From the NCBI RefSeq assembly GCF_009914755.1, contig NC_060933.1: a DNA stretch of 64,000 nucleotides, one strand, 5' to 3'. A program made the translations under genes and the position numbers. Numbering within the stretch: the stretch's first letter is position 1; the number at the start of each line of letters is the position of its first letter. Of this stretch, positions 26,261 through 40,323 are shown in pieces. The notes under the pieces are model-generated. The model was not told the DNA's origin. It did no database searches and worked only from the letters and a program-made list of their open reading frames with translations. This DNA is from the human T2T-CHM13v2.0 reference genome, Homo sapiens.

Positions 26261-28217
26261 GGCTCCCATGGTTATGCTTGATGATAACAATCGTTTTATA
26301 AAAGGAAAGGCATTTTAATGTTCAAAACAATAAAAAAGAAAACTTCAAGTTGAATGAATTATCTTTATTTAAAACATACTCTTTGTCCTTATTTTTGTCA
26401 CTTTTACTGTGAACCAGAGAAAAGCTATCACAGGTTGATTCTGGTCCACAGACCAGCATTTGTTAATCAATGCTGAACTACAAGCTACCTGAGTGGCCTC
26501 ACCTCCTCACCCTCATACTGGTCCCTTTACCTGCAAGATCTTCCTCCCCTCAGTCTCCCTATATCCCAATCTCTCCATCTTTCAAGGAGCAGTCTGAAGT
26601 CACCTGCCAGAACCATCCCAAAGCAGGGTATATTCCCTCTGGTATCACTGCCCATGCCTCTTCAAGTCCCTGAGCTCTTCCTGCCTGATCTGTGCATCGT
26701 GTCGAGAGATCTGACTACAGATGAACAGAGATGCTGCGGTCTGTCTTCATCTGCACATGTTCATAGAAAAAGCGAAAAGGAGAAGGGCAAAGGTTCCCCC
26801 AATTAGAGTTTCCTTATGCTGAAGGAGAGGAGATACTCAGAAGGAACAGATGGCCTAGGCGCTATTTGGAAATCCTCAGAACTACAATTTTCCCCCAGAG
26901 GAATGTATTGACTGAGAGGCACAGATGAAGCGAAACTGCGGAGCAAGCCTCGGCACCTGGGAGCCATGGGGCAGCCCGTGGGGTTTGGGCCATTTAGACT
27001 TCTTCTCAGGTATTCCTGGGCTCTTATTTTTCAAGGGAGACTTGGAAGACTGCCTTGTTTCTCCTTCCTGGGGCATTTTTTCTCATGACACAAACTTCGG
27101 CCACTTCCCTTTCCTTGTAGGAGACCCATTTGAAGTTGGGCAAGGCAGAGCGAGGGGGGAAAGACCTGTGCATTGTCCTCATGCTAGCACAGCTCTGCAA
27201 TCATGCAGCTGAAGTTACTGGGTCAAAGTAGGGCAGAGATGTGAACAAATCCATGATGTAAACCATCAAGGAGCAAAACATGACAAATATATCCAAATTT
27301 TGTCAATTAAAAAACAGATTAGAATAAAGTAAATTTGACTAAATCCATGATATAAAGAATTTTGTTAAATAGACTCAATTTAACCAATGCACATTGACCA
27401 AAGCTCAAAGTGATAATAATAATAGCCTAAATTGTCCAGCACTATATAGTTTGTTTGAAATATACTTTTGTATGTACTTTTCCACTTAATCCTCATAATG
27501 AGTGTGAAAGCGTGGATTATGATAAAGCTTAGAGAGGTTAGGAGGCTTATCCAAGGTCACACAGCTACCACATCAGTTTGAATGCTTTGGGCAGCAAATG
27601 TTGGGAAATAGGCTTAACCAATAAAGAAGATTTATTCTCTAATAATTTATTCTCTAAAAATCAGAATTCTAGGGTAAAGCAGGCATCAAATTTAGTTGAC
27701 TTAATCATGGGGATCATTAAGAGCCTGTGCTCTTTCCACCTCTCTGCTATCCTCAGGCTGGCTTTGTACTCAGGCTCCTGACAAGACAGCTACAGGAGTG
27801 CCAGACTTGTCATCCAGACATAATCATGGCAGGAGGAAAAGAGAGATCATCTCCCGCTGGGTTTCTCTGGATAGTTAGAAAGCCGTTGAGGGGCACTACA
27901 ATGTTGTACATAATAAATGTATCCCATTTTTAGTTTTCCATTAAAAAATAAAAAAAAATTAATGCAGTGCTAGGTTAAAATTAGTGCAGTGCAATTTAAA
28001 AAATCAAAAAATTAATGCAGTGCTGGGTTAAAATTATTGCAGTGCTAGGTTAGATGAAAGTAGATAAAACCTTTTTTGATGTACCAGCAACACTGGAACA
28101 GTAGAACACTGGCAAATTTTTTTCAATTTGTTCTGTGAAAATTAATCTAGTTAGGCTTTCTACTTCTCCTTGGTGGTTTGTATTTTTTTTTTCTTTTAGA
28201 AAATTATCCATTTCATC

Positions 28218-28545
<328 letters not shown>

Positions 28546-29139
28546 AGAAAATTATCCATTTCACCAAGGTTTCAAGTTTATTGATAATTTTTAATGTTCT
28601 GTTACAGTTAAAAATTAAAATAATTTTTACCTGTAAAAAATTGTTCTTACAAAATGGATAAATAAAAGTATTTGCTATGCATAATCAAAGTTTAAATTTT
28701 CATAATATTAGAGCCAAAATATCATTATTCATTATTTCATTAAATATGTTCTTACAACTTAAAAAAATAAGACAGACCATTCTTATTCTTCTTTTATCTC
28801 TTCCCTAATTCAGCAGCCAAGTTGCCTTGCACCCAGGCCTCAGATACAGAGCTGTCCCAGTAGATTCAGACTAGCATGGCATCTCTTTCCTATGACAAAT
28901 GACAGTTCAAGTTTTAGAGAAGATTCCTGAAACTTGGAAGTTGTAGGGAGGATAGCTGGATCCTGATCCTATCCTAGCTAGCACCAATGAGGACTGGGAG
29001 GAAGAGGCTGGGACATGAGATGTATTCTCTTCTTTGTTCCTCACTCTATCTCTGTGGGTGGAAAAAATTACTCCCATTCTATAGATGAGAGACCAGAACC
29101 TCAGAGAGGTTAAGCAACTTTCTTAGGGGGCACAGCTAG

Positions 29140-29604
29140 GAGGGTAGGCTGAATAATGATCCCCCTAAAATGTCCACATTCTAATCCCAAAAACTTATTT
29201 AAAAAGGGACTTTGCAGGGGTGACTGAGTTAAGGATCCTCAGATGAGGAGGTTTTCATGGATTGTTTGGGTGGGCCCAATGTAATCCAAGGATCCTTTCA
29301 AGAGCAAGGCAGGAGGGCCAGAGTCAGAGAAACAGACACGACAATGGAAGCAGAGGTTGGGGTGATACTGGAGTGGGAGGGGCCACCAGCCAAGGAATGC
29401 AGGCAGCCTCTAGGAGCTGGAAAAGGCAAGAAAGTATGTTTCCTCCTCGAGCCCCGTCAAGGAACCAGCCCCACTGGCAGCTTGATTTTAATCCTGTAAG
29501 ACCCATTTTGGACTTTTGAGCTCCAGAGCTGTAAGATAATAAATGTGTGTTGTGTTAGGCCAGTTGGTGGTAATTTGTTATAGCAACAACTGGAAACTAA
29601 CACA
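29140..29604 (+). mobile_element. MaLR solo LTR, MLT1D-type
   Basis: ggtaggctgaataatgatccccctaaaatgtccacattctaatccc...gtaatttgttatagcaacaactggaaactaacaca. Confidence 0.88.
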
Positions 29605-29849
29605 GGTTGGCACAGAGGGGAGGGAGGCTTTGCATGCAGGCCTGTCTGGCTTCAACCTCCATTTCATCATGGGCCAGGAGGCCTGGGTACCCAGCCTGCA
29701 CCTTCCCCTCAGCAGGCAAATTTCTGGCCCTGTAAAATGACAGGATTGTGATTAGATGATCCTGGCTGATCCCAGCTACAGAAGAACACGCTGGGAAACT
29801 CTTGCCCTGGCCAGTGGAGGCCTGAACCACAGATGAGAGACCTGGGCAG

Positions 29850-30600
29850 CAGAGGACAGGTGGGAGCTGGTTAAGGGGAAATAACAAAGATATGACTGAT
29901 AAGGGACTTGATGTGGCAGATGAAGGAGAGGTAGGACTTAGGATGAGGCCCCAATATGGCTTGACAACGATGGGGATGGGAGGGTACCATTCACCCAGAT
30001 GGGCCATGCGGGAGGAAGAGCTGGTTTTCCCAGGAAGATGAGGTCAGATTTGAGCCTGTTGAATGTGACATTTATGTGGAACTGACCTGCGAGGCGGGGA
30101 GGACCATTTGGATCTAGGTGTCAGGAGGGTGGCTTGGGGGACAGCTGGGGATCTGGGCATTGTAGGTGAATAGCCACTGAATCTGTGGATTTGGCTGAGA
30201 TCACCCCAGGAGAGTGCGAAGTGGGAGAAGAGAAGAGAGACAATGCTGAAACCCCATGGGAACTGACATTAAGTGACAACCAAAGGAAGATAACTCAGTG
30301 AAGGGGACAGAAATAGTCTAGCAGCCAGCAAACCAGTGAAGTGTCATGCATGGAAACCCAGGAAATACAGAGCCTCAAGGAGGGAGAATGGGGGGAAACA
30401 CCAGCCAGCACTGCAGCATTTGACAGCATCAAAAGCTGACTGGAGCTTGACTAAGACATTCCATTAGGTTTGGGAATTTGGAATCCATTGGTGACCTTAG
30501 GGAGAGCCATTTCCCCAGAGAGGCAGGGGAAAAGCCAGATTGCACCGGGGTGAGGAAAGGAAGAGGGGTGACGATGCATGGATGGCAGGTTATAGAGAGA
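29850..30600 (-). mobile_element. L2 LINE fragment
   Basis: gtaccattcacccagatggg, gctgagatcaccccaggagagtg, ccattggtgaccttagggagagccattt...aagccagattgc. Confidence 0.65.
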
Positions 30601-31047
30601 TGTGTTTATTTTATTGGAAGATATGATACAAACTACACCAAAGACAGCCAGGAACCTTCCTGAACAAAAAGTACAAAGGAAAATAATACAGAATGACAAA
30701 ACCTACTCAAAAGCTTAACCGTAAGACCTCGGGGTAGTCTAAATCAGAGATGGATGACAGCCTCCCAGGAAAGTGGCAATATAAGACAGCATTGGGGATT
30801 CAGCGGGGCGACCACTGTCACCGCAAGGCCGCCCTGCAGACAGCACCTGTCCTAAGAGGGCTGCAAGCCCTGGAGAACAACATTAAGGTGATGTCTTTCA
30901 ACAGCTTCAGTTGCCAGCTGTGAATTCCAAGCCATCCTCTTACCTTCACTTTGGGCAGACGCTGACTCCTTGATTTTCTCATCTTTCTGCATTATCTTGG
31001 CCTGTGGATAGTGTCCACAAGAAATGAAGACTATAGGCTCAAGGTGG

Positions 31048-32025
31048 GGTAGCAGACACCACCAGTACCTGGCCGCAGCACCCCTATCTTTGCCATTTCA
31101 GTGCACGCAGCCAGACTTCCAGTTGCCAGCACCTATGGATATTTGCAGGTAGGCATTCTCTGGCCATCAGAGCCTGCTTTACTTTTTTATTTTTTTTCTA
31201 TCATTACTTATTTTATTTTACTTTAAGTTCTGGGATACATGTGCTGAATGTGCAGGTTTGTTACATAGGTATACATGTGCCATGGTGGTTTGCTGCACCT
31301 ATCAACCAATCATCTAGGTTTTAAGGCCTGCATGCATTAGGTATTTGTCCTAATGCTCTCCCTTCCCTTTCCTCCCACCCCCTGACAGGCTTCAGTGTGT
31401 GATATTCCCCTCCCTATGTCCATGTGTTATCATTGTTCAGCTCCTACTTATGAGTGAGAACATGCAGTGTTTGGTTTTATGTTCCTGTGTTAGTTTGCTG
31501 AGGATGATGATTTCCAACTTCATTCATGTCCCTGCAAAGGACATGAACTCATTCTTTTTTATGGCTGCATAGTATTCCATGGTGTATATGTGCCACCTTT
31601 TCTTTATCCAGTCTATCATTGATGGGCATTTGGGTTGGTTCCAAGTCTTTGCTATTGTAAATAGCAGAGCCTGCTTTATATATGTGTGTGCAGATGGGTG
31701 TGTAGGTGAATTAACTCCACTCTCCCCCTCCCTGGAACAACTTGCAACAGACTGAAGGGAATTGGTGCATCCATACCCCAGCCCTGTCACCTCTCAGGTA
31801 GGATAACTCTGAGGTGCAGAGCTCCACACTGTTTTCCACAATTCCCCAGTGGGATTAAGCTCCACCTGCCTATGGTGGTAACTAGCTTCATGGCATTCTC
31901 CATTGGTTTCCTTGCCTTGCCTGTTTCGCTTTCCTACTTCCGTTTTGTGGGCTTGCCTTCTAAATAAACTACTTGCACTGGAGTCCTCTTCTTGAGGTCT
32001 GCTTCTGGGGCAAAACAAAGTCAGA
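31048..32025 (+). mobile_element. ERVL LTR16C-like solo LTR split by an L1PA
   Basis: gtagcagacacc start; ggataactctgaggtg, cccagtgggattaagctcca; 3' aaataaactacttgcac...aggtctgcttctgggg. Confidence 0.7.
31182..31664 (-). mobile_element. L1PA (L1PA8-like) 3' end, 5'-truncated
   Basis: T-rich tail, then ctttaagttctgggatacatgtgc...gtgcaggtttgttacatagg; perfect 14-bp TSD CAGAGCCTGCTTTA (31168-31181, 31665-31678). Confidence 0.93.
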
Positions 32026-32228
32026 GGCCTTATCTGATTCAGCGTGTGGCAAAGCTCCTTGTGTGTCCCTGGAGGCTGATTTCTGGCAGCTGTGAAATTA
32101 GTCACCTGGTCTTTGTCAGCCATTCACCCCTTCACTATCACCAGCATCCACACCTACTATGCTCTATCTCTGGGCTCAGTGCTTCACCAACATTTTCTCA
32201 TCTAATCTCACTTGTTGAAGGGGCCCTG

Positions 32229-32695
32229 TGTGGTAGGTGGAATAGTGACTCCCCCCACAAAGATGCCCACATCCTGATTCCTGAACCCAGTGCAAATATT
32301 ACTTTATGTGGCAAAAAAGACCTTGCCGAAGTGATTAAGAAACTTGAGAAGGGGAGATTATCTTGGATGATCTGGATGGGCCCAAAGTCATCTCAAGGGT
32401 CCCTAGAGGAGACAGGCAGAAGACTCAGATTTGGAGAGATGAAAATGTGGCCACAGAAGCAGAGGATCAGGGTGATTCGAGGAAGAGGCTATCAACCAAC
32501 AAATGCAGGTGGTCTCTGGAAGCTGGAAAAGACAAGGAAACAGATTCTCCCTGGAGTCTCCAAAAGGAATGCAGCCCTGCTAGCACCTTAGATTTAGGAC
32601 TTCTAATCTCCAGAATTGTAAGCTTATAAATCTGTGTTGTTTTAAGCCACGAAGCTTGTGGTAATTTGTTACAATAGCCACAGGACATTAATATG
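32229..32695 (+). mobile_element. MaLR solo LTR, MLT1D-type
   Basis: TGTGGTAGGTGGAATAGTG...caaagatgcccacatcctg...gtggtaatttgttacaatagccacagg; near-TSD ccctg/gcctg. Confidence 0.88.
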
Positions 32696-32699
32696 GCCT

Positions 32700-32955
32700 G
32701 CAGAGAGGTTAAATATATAGGTTCTGGGGCCAGAGGCCTAAGTGCCAAGTCTGGTTCTAACATGTTGTAGCCATATGACCTTCAGCAAGTTATTGAACCT
32801 CTTTTTACCTACATTTTCTCATCAGTAAAATGGGGATAGGGATGACATCGGACTCAGGGGGCTGTTGTGAGGTTTAGATGAGTTAGTACAGACTTAGCAC
32901 CTGGAATAGTATCTAAGATATGATAAGCACTCAGTATCTGCCTGTTATTATTACT
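32700..32955 (+). mobile_element. MIR, near full length
   Basis: tgaccttcagcaagttattgaacctct...ttctcatcagtaaaatgggga...taagcactcag. Confidence 0.8.
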
Positions 32956-35135
32956 ACTAATATTTATGATAGCCTTGCAAAATGCATATTTTCATCTTCA
33001 TTTTACATGCCCAGAGAACTCACATGACTTGCCCAAGGCCACGTGGCCGGGAAGACCCAGATATCCCAGATCCAACTGACTCCACTTTCCGTTCCCTTCG
33101 GAAAGATCTCACCTTCTCCAGGCTCAGCGGTTCCAGTGATTACAACTTACCCTACAGGAACCTGGTCTCCAGTGTCCTTCCCCATCCTGTGCCTTCTATG
33201 ACCTTCCCTGCTCGGCCACTCTCCGTTCTGCAGTTGGCCACTGGCCCAGCTTGAGAGCATCTGGAAAACATTGATTTGCATTAAACATCACAATTTTCAA
33301 GGGACCACCTCATGTTGTCCTTGCAATAACCCTGGTGGGCAGGCTGGGCGGGGAGCATCATTTCAAGCATCATTTCAAGGCTGAAGATATTGAAGCTCAG
33401 AGAGGCTGGGGACTTGCCTCAGGTCATTGGGCCCTGGAGTGGCAGAGCCAAGGGAGGAGCTGGAGTTCCTGGCTCCTGACAGTGGTGCACCTTTCCCTCT
33501 GCCTGTCAAATCCTCCTAAAGGCTCCAGCTAACTCCCTGCTGTTCAAGTCCCAGCCAGTGAGAACTGCCATTGATTTAACGCTCATTTAAGGGAATGTGA
33601 TATAAATCCTGCGTAGGTGGTCAGTAGCATGTACTCATTTTGTTTCCCTTAATATTGCTTTAATTGAGTATCATTTGGGTAAGTACTTTGATTAGCAAAT
33701 GTTTATGCTTCGTGAATTTAACAAAGTTAGACTTTTCCAGTAACTGGAAAATACTGAGTGATGCAATTATTTTGATTTTCGTGATAAACCAAATGGAAAC
33801 CCAGGGTCCCTTGTCAGGGTTCAGTGTGGTACACTGAACCCAGCCGGGGAAGCCTGCGTCACTAGCATTCCCGGTGACAGTGAACAAATTCCTTCCATTC
33901 TCTGGGCCCCAGCAACTGCTCTGGGAAATGAGGCAGTTGGACTAGATAATTCCTAAGGGTATTTACAGCTTGAGGTTTTGATGATCCCCAGGCCAAGGTT
34001 CCTAGGAGCAGAGACATTCTCTCCCAGCCTGCAATACTGCGCCTCTGACCTGAGTCCTAGAGGACAAGGAGGGTTGGCCAGTGTCCAGGGGCCACATTGG
34101 GAACACAGCCCTTTGTGCCCCAGCCTTAGCGTGGCTACCTTTGTTTGCTCTCTGCCATCATGGGGGAGGCTGCCCTGCCCCAGCCCAGAGTGTTGCCAGA
34201 AGTGGCTGGGCCTCCTCTCCTTGGCAATGCAGAGTTCACATGGGAGCAACCAGTCAGCCCTGTTCAAGAGCCTCAACAGAGGGGGAGCTGTGGTCTCAGG
34301 ACTGCAATCAAGGGCAAACAGCAGCTCCATCACTTCACCTAAAGATCTGTTGCCTAAAACCAGTTCGCTTAACAATCCATTTGCCTATTAATCCATCCAT
34401 GGCTTCATTTTTTTTTCTTTTTGACATTGTAAAGATGATCTTTTCCTTAATTTAACAATGGAAGCTTAAAATTTAATTTTATATTTCCTATAAGATTCAT
34501 TTTGGTGTGCATAGGGTTGTTTTATATTCTTGGGGGCGTCTTATAACCCAAACATGCTCAGGCCTTAGCATCTTGGGAACACAAGTAAAATTCCAGTGAC
34601 ACTGATGCCCAAGTCTTGCTAGCCTTCAGCCTCAACCTGGATAACCGGAGGACCTTGGCAGCCCCTCCCCCAGCTGTTTCAACTTGTCCACAGGGCTGCC
34701 TCACCTCTGCTCCGTAATGCATCACTTTCAGCCTTTCCTCCAGGGTTCCTCTCACATTCTCCTTCCACATAGTTCCTCTGAAGGACATGTGTCCCCCTAA
34801 AGTGTGGCTAAAACCACACTCGGCCTCTGGTACAGAAAGGGAGGTGAGCAGGCTCATCCCAGCTCCAGGGTGGGCTCTGTATGAGATGAGAGCCTTCCAC
34901 TTTTTTATGAACATGGTCCGTTAACTTTTATTCTGTACCTTCCCTTCAGGATCCATCTCTCAGGTCTGCAGGAGGGGAAACCATTTCTCATCTTTGCATA
35001 CTCCCTCCAAAACCACCCCTCCCTTCAACCACAGATGAATTCCTCGTGCCAGTGGAATCCAGCAACTGGATTGAAAAGGCACTGAAAGCCCATTGGTACC
35101 ACAAACTCCAATCTTCGAACATCAGTCTGATTTGC

Positions 35136-35588
35136 TGTTGTGCTGAATCCCTATTGACTTCAGTAGGGATGACACTATGTTCGAGAGGCTGAAGAAGAGA
35201 CATGGAGCCAGCCAAAGAGACATAGGATTTATTAAAAGGACTTACATACAGGGCGGTCCCCTGCCAGTGGTGGCAGGTTGGACAAAAGAACCATTGCTGC
35301 TTGTAAAAAGCATGCCATTTACACAGCATTTTCAATGAGCATCCTCCCCCTAACAACCACCACCTGACAACTTCATTTAACCCAAAATAAAGGGCCTCAA
35401 TCCCCTGTATGGTCTGTGTTCCATGGAATGGGCCGGAGGTTCAGATATTCCTCATAGATAAGAAATGAATCTCCAGGTTGGCCACTCCCAGATTCCTTAG
35501 CTTGGAGCTTTGAACATATTCTTCATAGACCATAAGGTCATTCTCAGGATATGCCTAAGTTTTTGCTGTCAGGAGCATCTACCACACA
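35136..35588 (-). mobile_element. ERV1 MER4-group solo LTR (LTR23/LTR56-like), complete
   Basis: Minus strand reads TGTGTGGTAGATGCTCCTGACAGCAA...CCTGAGAATGACC...GCTAAGGAATCTGGGAGTGGCCAACC...AATAAA...CACAACA; perfect 5-bp TSD TTTGC (35131-35135, 35589-35593). Confidence 0.85.
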
Positions 35589-37895
35589 TTTGCATAGTTT
35601 ATTTTTAAAAGATTGTATATCTTAATTGATATAAGAAGAGTTCTAAGATGAATCATTACAAAAATAAATCTTTCAATCCCCCCACTTCCAAAAGATAGCA
35701 CAAAAAGAACAGGACATCTAAACAGTTTCAAAAACACACAAATGGGCTGAATTTTAGCCCAACTGCCCATTACAGAAATCCACCAACAGAAGAAATGGCT
35801 TTAGGTGAAGTTGTTTTAACAGTGAGATCTGTTAAAGCAGAGAGCCTATCTACAGTGGAATGTGGATCCTTGGCACCTACCTCAGTACCTGGGGCATTAT
35901 AGAAACTCAGAAAATGTGTACTGCATCAAAGAATGCATGCATGAATGAGGTAAGCTCAGTGACTTCTATCTCAGCTTTGATGATACCCAAACAGAATCTG
36001 GGCAGAAATCTCTATTTACATGTAGGGATATTAGCAACTTCTTAGGACATTAACAAAATTCATTTTCATTTGGAAACTAACGAGGGCCGGGCAGCTTTTG
36101 GGAGGATAGGTCAGGAAGTCAACAGAGAAGGCGACCAAGGCCTTGTGAGTCACAGATCAGACTTTTCCTCTGGGGAAGGCCACAGGGGCAAATGGGTAGG
36201 TGCAGGTTAGTGTCAGGTCTGCCCACCTTGATTTTTTTGCTCATAGCTCAGCTGCAGGAGAAAGGATGGATGGATTTCTAGATTACCAAAAAAATTCTCC
36301 AGAAGCACAAAAGGGGGTTGAAGTGACCCTTGTGAGACTAAGACATACTAAGTTTGTTCAGTCATTAATTCCACAAATATTTACTAAGCACCTATTATGT
36401 GTTCAGCTCTAGGCAATAACAGAAAATAAGACACAGTCTCCTTCTCAAGGAACTCATAATTTAGAGACAAGTTAATAGAAAATTAGAATTTGCTGTGGTA
36501 ATTAGAAGTACTAGATGCTTTGAGGCTATAAGCACCTAAAGTAGCCCTGCAGGATGAGAAAGGCCCCACAGTCTGAGCTCAGTTCTCAAGGATGAGGAAG
36601 GGGGAGTCTGGGGAATGGGGAAGGGTTGTGGGTGTCGGGTGGGGGAAGAATGATTCAGGAAGAGGGAACTGCAAATGAATGGATTGGAGGGAGAGAAGGA
36701 ACAGCCTGGAATTCAATTCACAGCTCCTTCAGCTGTGATGGGATCCTGGGAAGTGAGGGTGGCCATCATTCAGGGCCTCACTGCTGGCGACGAAGTGTCC
36801 ATATGCCACTTTGGGTATATGGAGGAGGCAGGGTAGAACCAGAGGGTGCCCTGGGGCACTGGGGTGGCCTTTCTGGAAAGTCACCATCAGAAGCCCTGAA
36901 GAAGCCCTGGAAAGCCACACCACCTCCTCTCCTGGCAAAATGTGGTGTCGTCTTAGTCCAGGAAGGTGGGGCAGAGGATTGAGGACATTCTAGGGGTCTG
37001 TTGCAAGAGAAGACAGCATCCAACTCTAAGAGGCAACAGAGGTAAGAGCAAGTTGGCAGGGTTAGCTGGCAGAGACGTGGGGTGATGAGATCCACTGTGA
37101 GGAGGGAGCTGTGAAAGATGCCCAGCCTGCTTGGAACATGGGCCCCATAGTAGCCAAAAGACTGGAAAATATTGTGGTAAAACAAGCCAGACAAGTCAGA
37201 CAGGCTGATTTAATTCCTCCCCATTCCAATGTTAGAACTTCATTATTACCAACCAGGAAGACTGGCTGGCAGGTACCCCAGGGATAAGCCTGGAATCTTC
37301 AGATTTTGGGGATGTTATCTAAGAGCTCTCAGTAGCAAAAGGAGGGGAATTTGGGGCACAGAGTCTTTACAGATCTCTTATGTTTGAATAATATATTAAG
37401 AGTCTACCACTTTATGTCTGCCACTGCATAGATACTCACCCCAGACCTGCGAGGTCTGCTGGGTAGGGGTGTGGTAACATCCCTAGTTCATAGATAAAAA
37501 TGGTAAGGTTCAGAGGGGTCACCCAGCTCTAGGAGGAAAAACCAGGGCTCAAATACTATGGCTTGCTTCCCATGATCCTTGCCATCTCCTATGCTTCATC
37601 ACCTATGTGCTTCCATGCTGCAGATTTCGAGGTTTGCAAAGGTTTAGAAACCATTCATTCTACATGTGATCCCATGGGAAGGTGCTCATCATATATTGCC
37701 ATGTGAAAAAGGCAGGCTGCAAACTGAATTGCAATACTGTTGCATTTTTGTGAAAGAAAAGTATGCCCATACACACTCTTCACATGACCATCGGACAACT
37801 TCTGAATGAACAAACACCAAAATAATGGCTATGTTGTTTTCTGGGAAACGGACTTTCCAGGAAATTTAAAAAAATTCTTCCTTACCTGCATTTTC

Positions 37896-38338
<443 letters not shown>

Positions 38339-38469
38339 CCTTACCTGCATTTTCAATGAATTAATATAAATTACTTTATTTAATTAATAATTATACATGG
38401 ACATAAATTACTGCTTTATACTTAATATATTAATTGTTATTAATTAATGTGTTACTTCTTTTTCTGTAT

Positions 38470-39178
38470 ATGTTTTATTTTTTATTGACATAGTTGTACA
38501 TATTTATGGGGTAGGGGTGATATTTTGATAAGTGTACACAATGTTTAATGATGAAATCAAGGTAATCAGGGTATCCATCACCTCAAACATTTATCTTTTC
38601 TTGTGTTGGGAATGTTCCAATTCTCGTAGCTATTTAGAAATATGCAATAAATTATTGTTAACTATAAAGCTATGGTCTCCCTATTGTACTGTTGAAATTA
38701 GAACTTACTCCTTCTAACTGTATTTTTGTACCCATCAACAAACTTCTCCTCATCCCCTTCTTCCCCTACCCTTCCCAGCCACTGGTAACCATCATTCTAC
38801 TCTCTACCTCCTTGAGATCCACTTTTTTAGCTCCCACACATGAGTGAGAACATAAGATATTTGTCTTTCTGTGCCTGGCTGCTTTCACTTAACATAACGT
38901 TCTCCAGTTCCATCCACATTGCTGCAAATGACAGGATTTCATACATTTTTATGACTGAATAGTATCTCATTGTGTATTTAAACCACATTTATTTATTCAT
39001 TCATCCATTGGTGGACACTTAGGTTGATTCCATATCTTGGCTATTGTGAATAGTGCTGCAATAAACATGGGCATGCAGATATCACTTCAACATACTGATT
39101 TCCTTTCTTTCGGATATATACCCAGCAGTGGGATTGCTATATCATATGGTAGTTCTATTTTTAGTTTTTTGAGGAACC
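38470..39178 (-). mobile_element. L1MA-family 3' end
   Basis: ttgtacatatttatgggg...tccatcacctcaaacatttatc...ttagctcccacacatgagtgagaac...tttttgaggaacc. Confidence 0.9.
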
Positions 39179-40019
39179 AAATTATTTCTTAATAAGGAGG
39201 ATAGTGAAGAGCTGAGGAGTGGAGGAGATTTCACAGCTTATAGTGACAGCTTCTGAAAAGAAACACTATCCATGAGGGCCAATGTGTTCTAGAAAAAGAA
39301 GTCATATTCAGAAACTGGCCAATAAGCTCATGTCAAAGTGTATCAGAGTGTCGCACAGGGTCTGTCTGAGAACTCAGCCTTTAAAGGCCAGGGAGGGGAC
39401 ATCTACATGGAGACAGACCAGCTGTCCAGGGATAAAGAATGAGACCCTCTGCCTGCACTCTTTCCCCTCTGGCCTTTCTTACTTCTCCCTGGATGAGCCC
39501 CTCCCCTCTGGTCTGCCCAGTCTCCTTTCCGGCCATAGATAAAACATAGTCCATTATTTTAATCCCTTACTCATTACTCTCCAGGATTTTTGTTTTTGCA
39601 GAATACTGTCCAAGACAACATACTGTCCATCTCTCCAGGCCGTCTCAACTTCACCTGGCACATACACCAGTGCTCTACACATCAAGTGCACCAGATTTCT
39701 GGGGGCTTCTGAACACTGCAGACTTTCTCCCAGTCTGGGCCTGTGACTACGTATGTTTGTCATCTTTCCTAGAATGTTCAAGGGTGAGCTCAAATATCAC
39801 CTCTTACAGGAAGTCTTCCCAGTTGGATCATCTCCCAACTCCAGTCTCAGTAGAATTATGTTAATTATGTTTCTCCCTATTTCTGCCATCATTGATCATG
39901 TATGCCTCCACTGGCCCTTTCATACAGAATTCTTTGATTCATGTGCACACCCATATCCCCCACTAGGTTATGAGCCCTTGAGAGCAGGGACCATACCTTG
40001 AGACAAACTAGAGATGTTC

Positions 40020-40270
40020 TGCAGAGGAAAAGTTAAAAGCACAGACTTTAAAGCCATATTCATGGGCTAAAACCTTAACTCTGTCTAACACTATCAAATT
40101 CTGCAACTCTGGGTAAATTACTTAAATTCTCTTAATCTCAATTTGTCCATCTGTGAAAGGGGTTACTGCTAGCACCTACTTTAGAAGGCTGTAAAGGAAA
40201 ATGGGTTAATGCATATATCTCCTTATCAGAGTATCTGATTCTTAATGAATGGCAGGTGGTATTATTATCA
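40020..40270 (+). mobile_element. MIR SINE
   Basis: ttaaaagcacagacttt...ctgggtaaattacttaaattctc...ccatctgtgaaagggg. Confidence 0.65.
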
Positions 40271-40284
40271 TTCATAACAAACAG

Positions 40285-40323
40285 TAGTAGTAGTAGTAAT
40301 AGCAGCAGCAGCAGCAGCAGCAG
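40285..40323. repeat. (TAG)4 TAA TAG (CAG)7 trinucleotide repeat
   Basis: Read directly from the sequence. Confidence 0.9.

Noticed and set aside
30805-30855. CTCF- or REST-like motif in a small CpG patch
   Set aside because: Only partial matches, with mismatches at key positions.
31524-31790. ORF with the L1 ORF2 C-terminal peptide (FTIAKTWNQPKCPS...)
   Set aside because: Remnant of the 5'-truncated L1PA insertion, not a functional CDS.
29140-32695. Two same-strand MLT1D LTRs as the ends of a full MaLR provirus
   Set aside because: The interval holds L2, LTR16 and L1 sequence rather than MaLR internal sequence, and the second LTR has its own near-TSD. They are independent solo LTRs.
40285-40323. 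(CAG)7 as a coding polyQ or disease-type repeat
   Set aside because: Short, preceded by in-frame TAG/TAA triplets, and lies between MIR and L2 relics.
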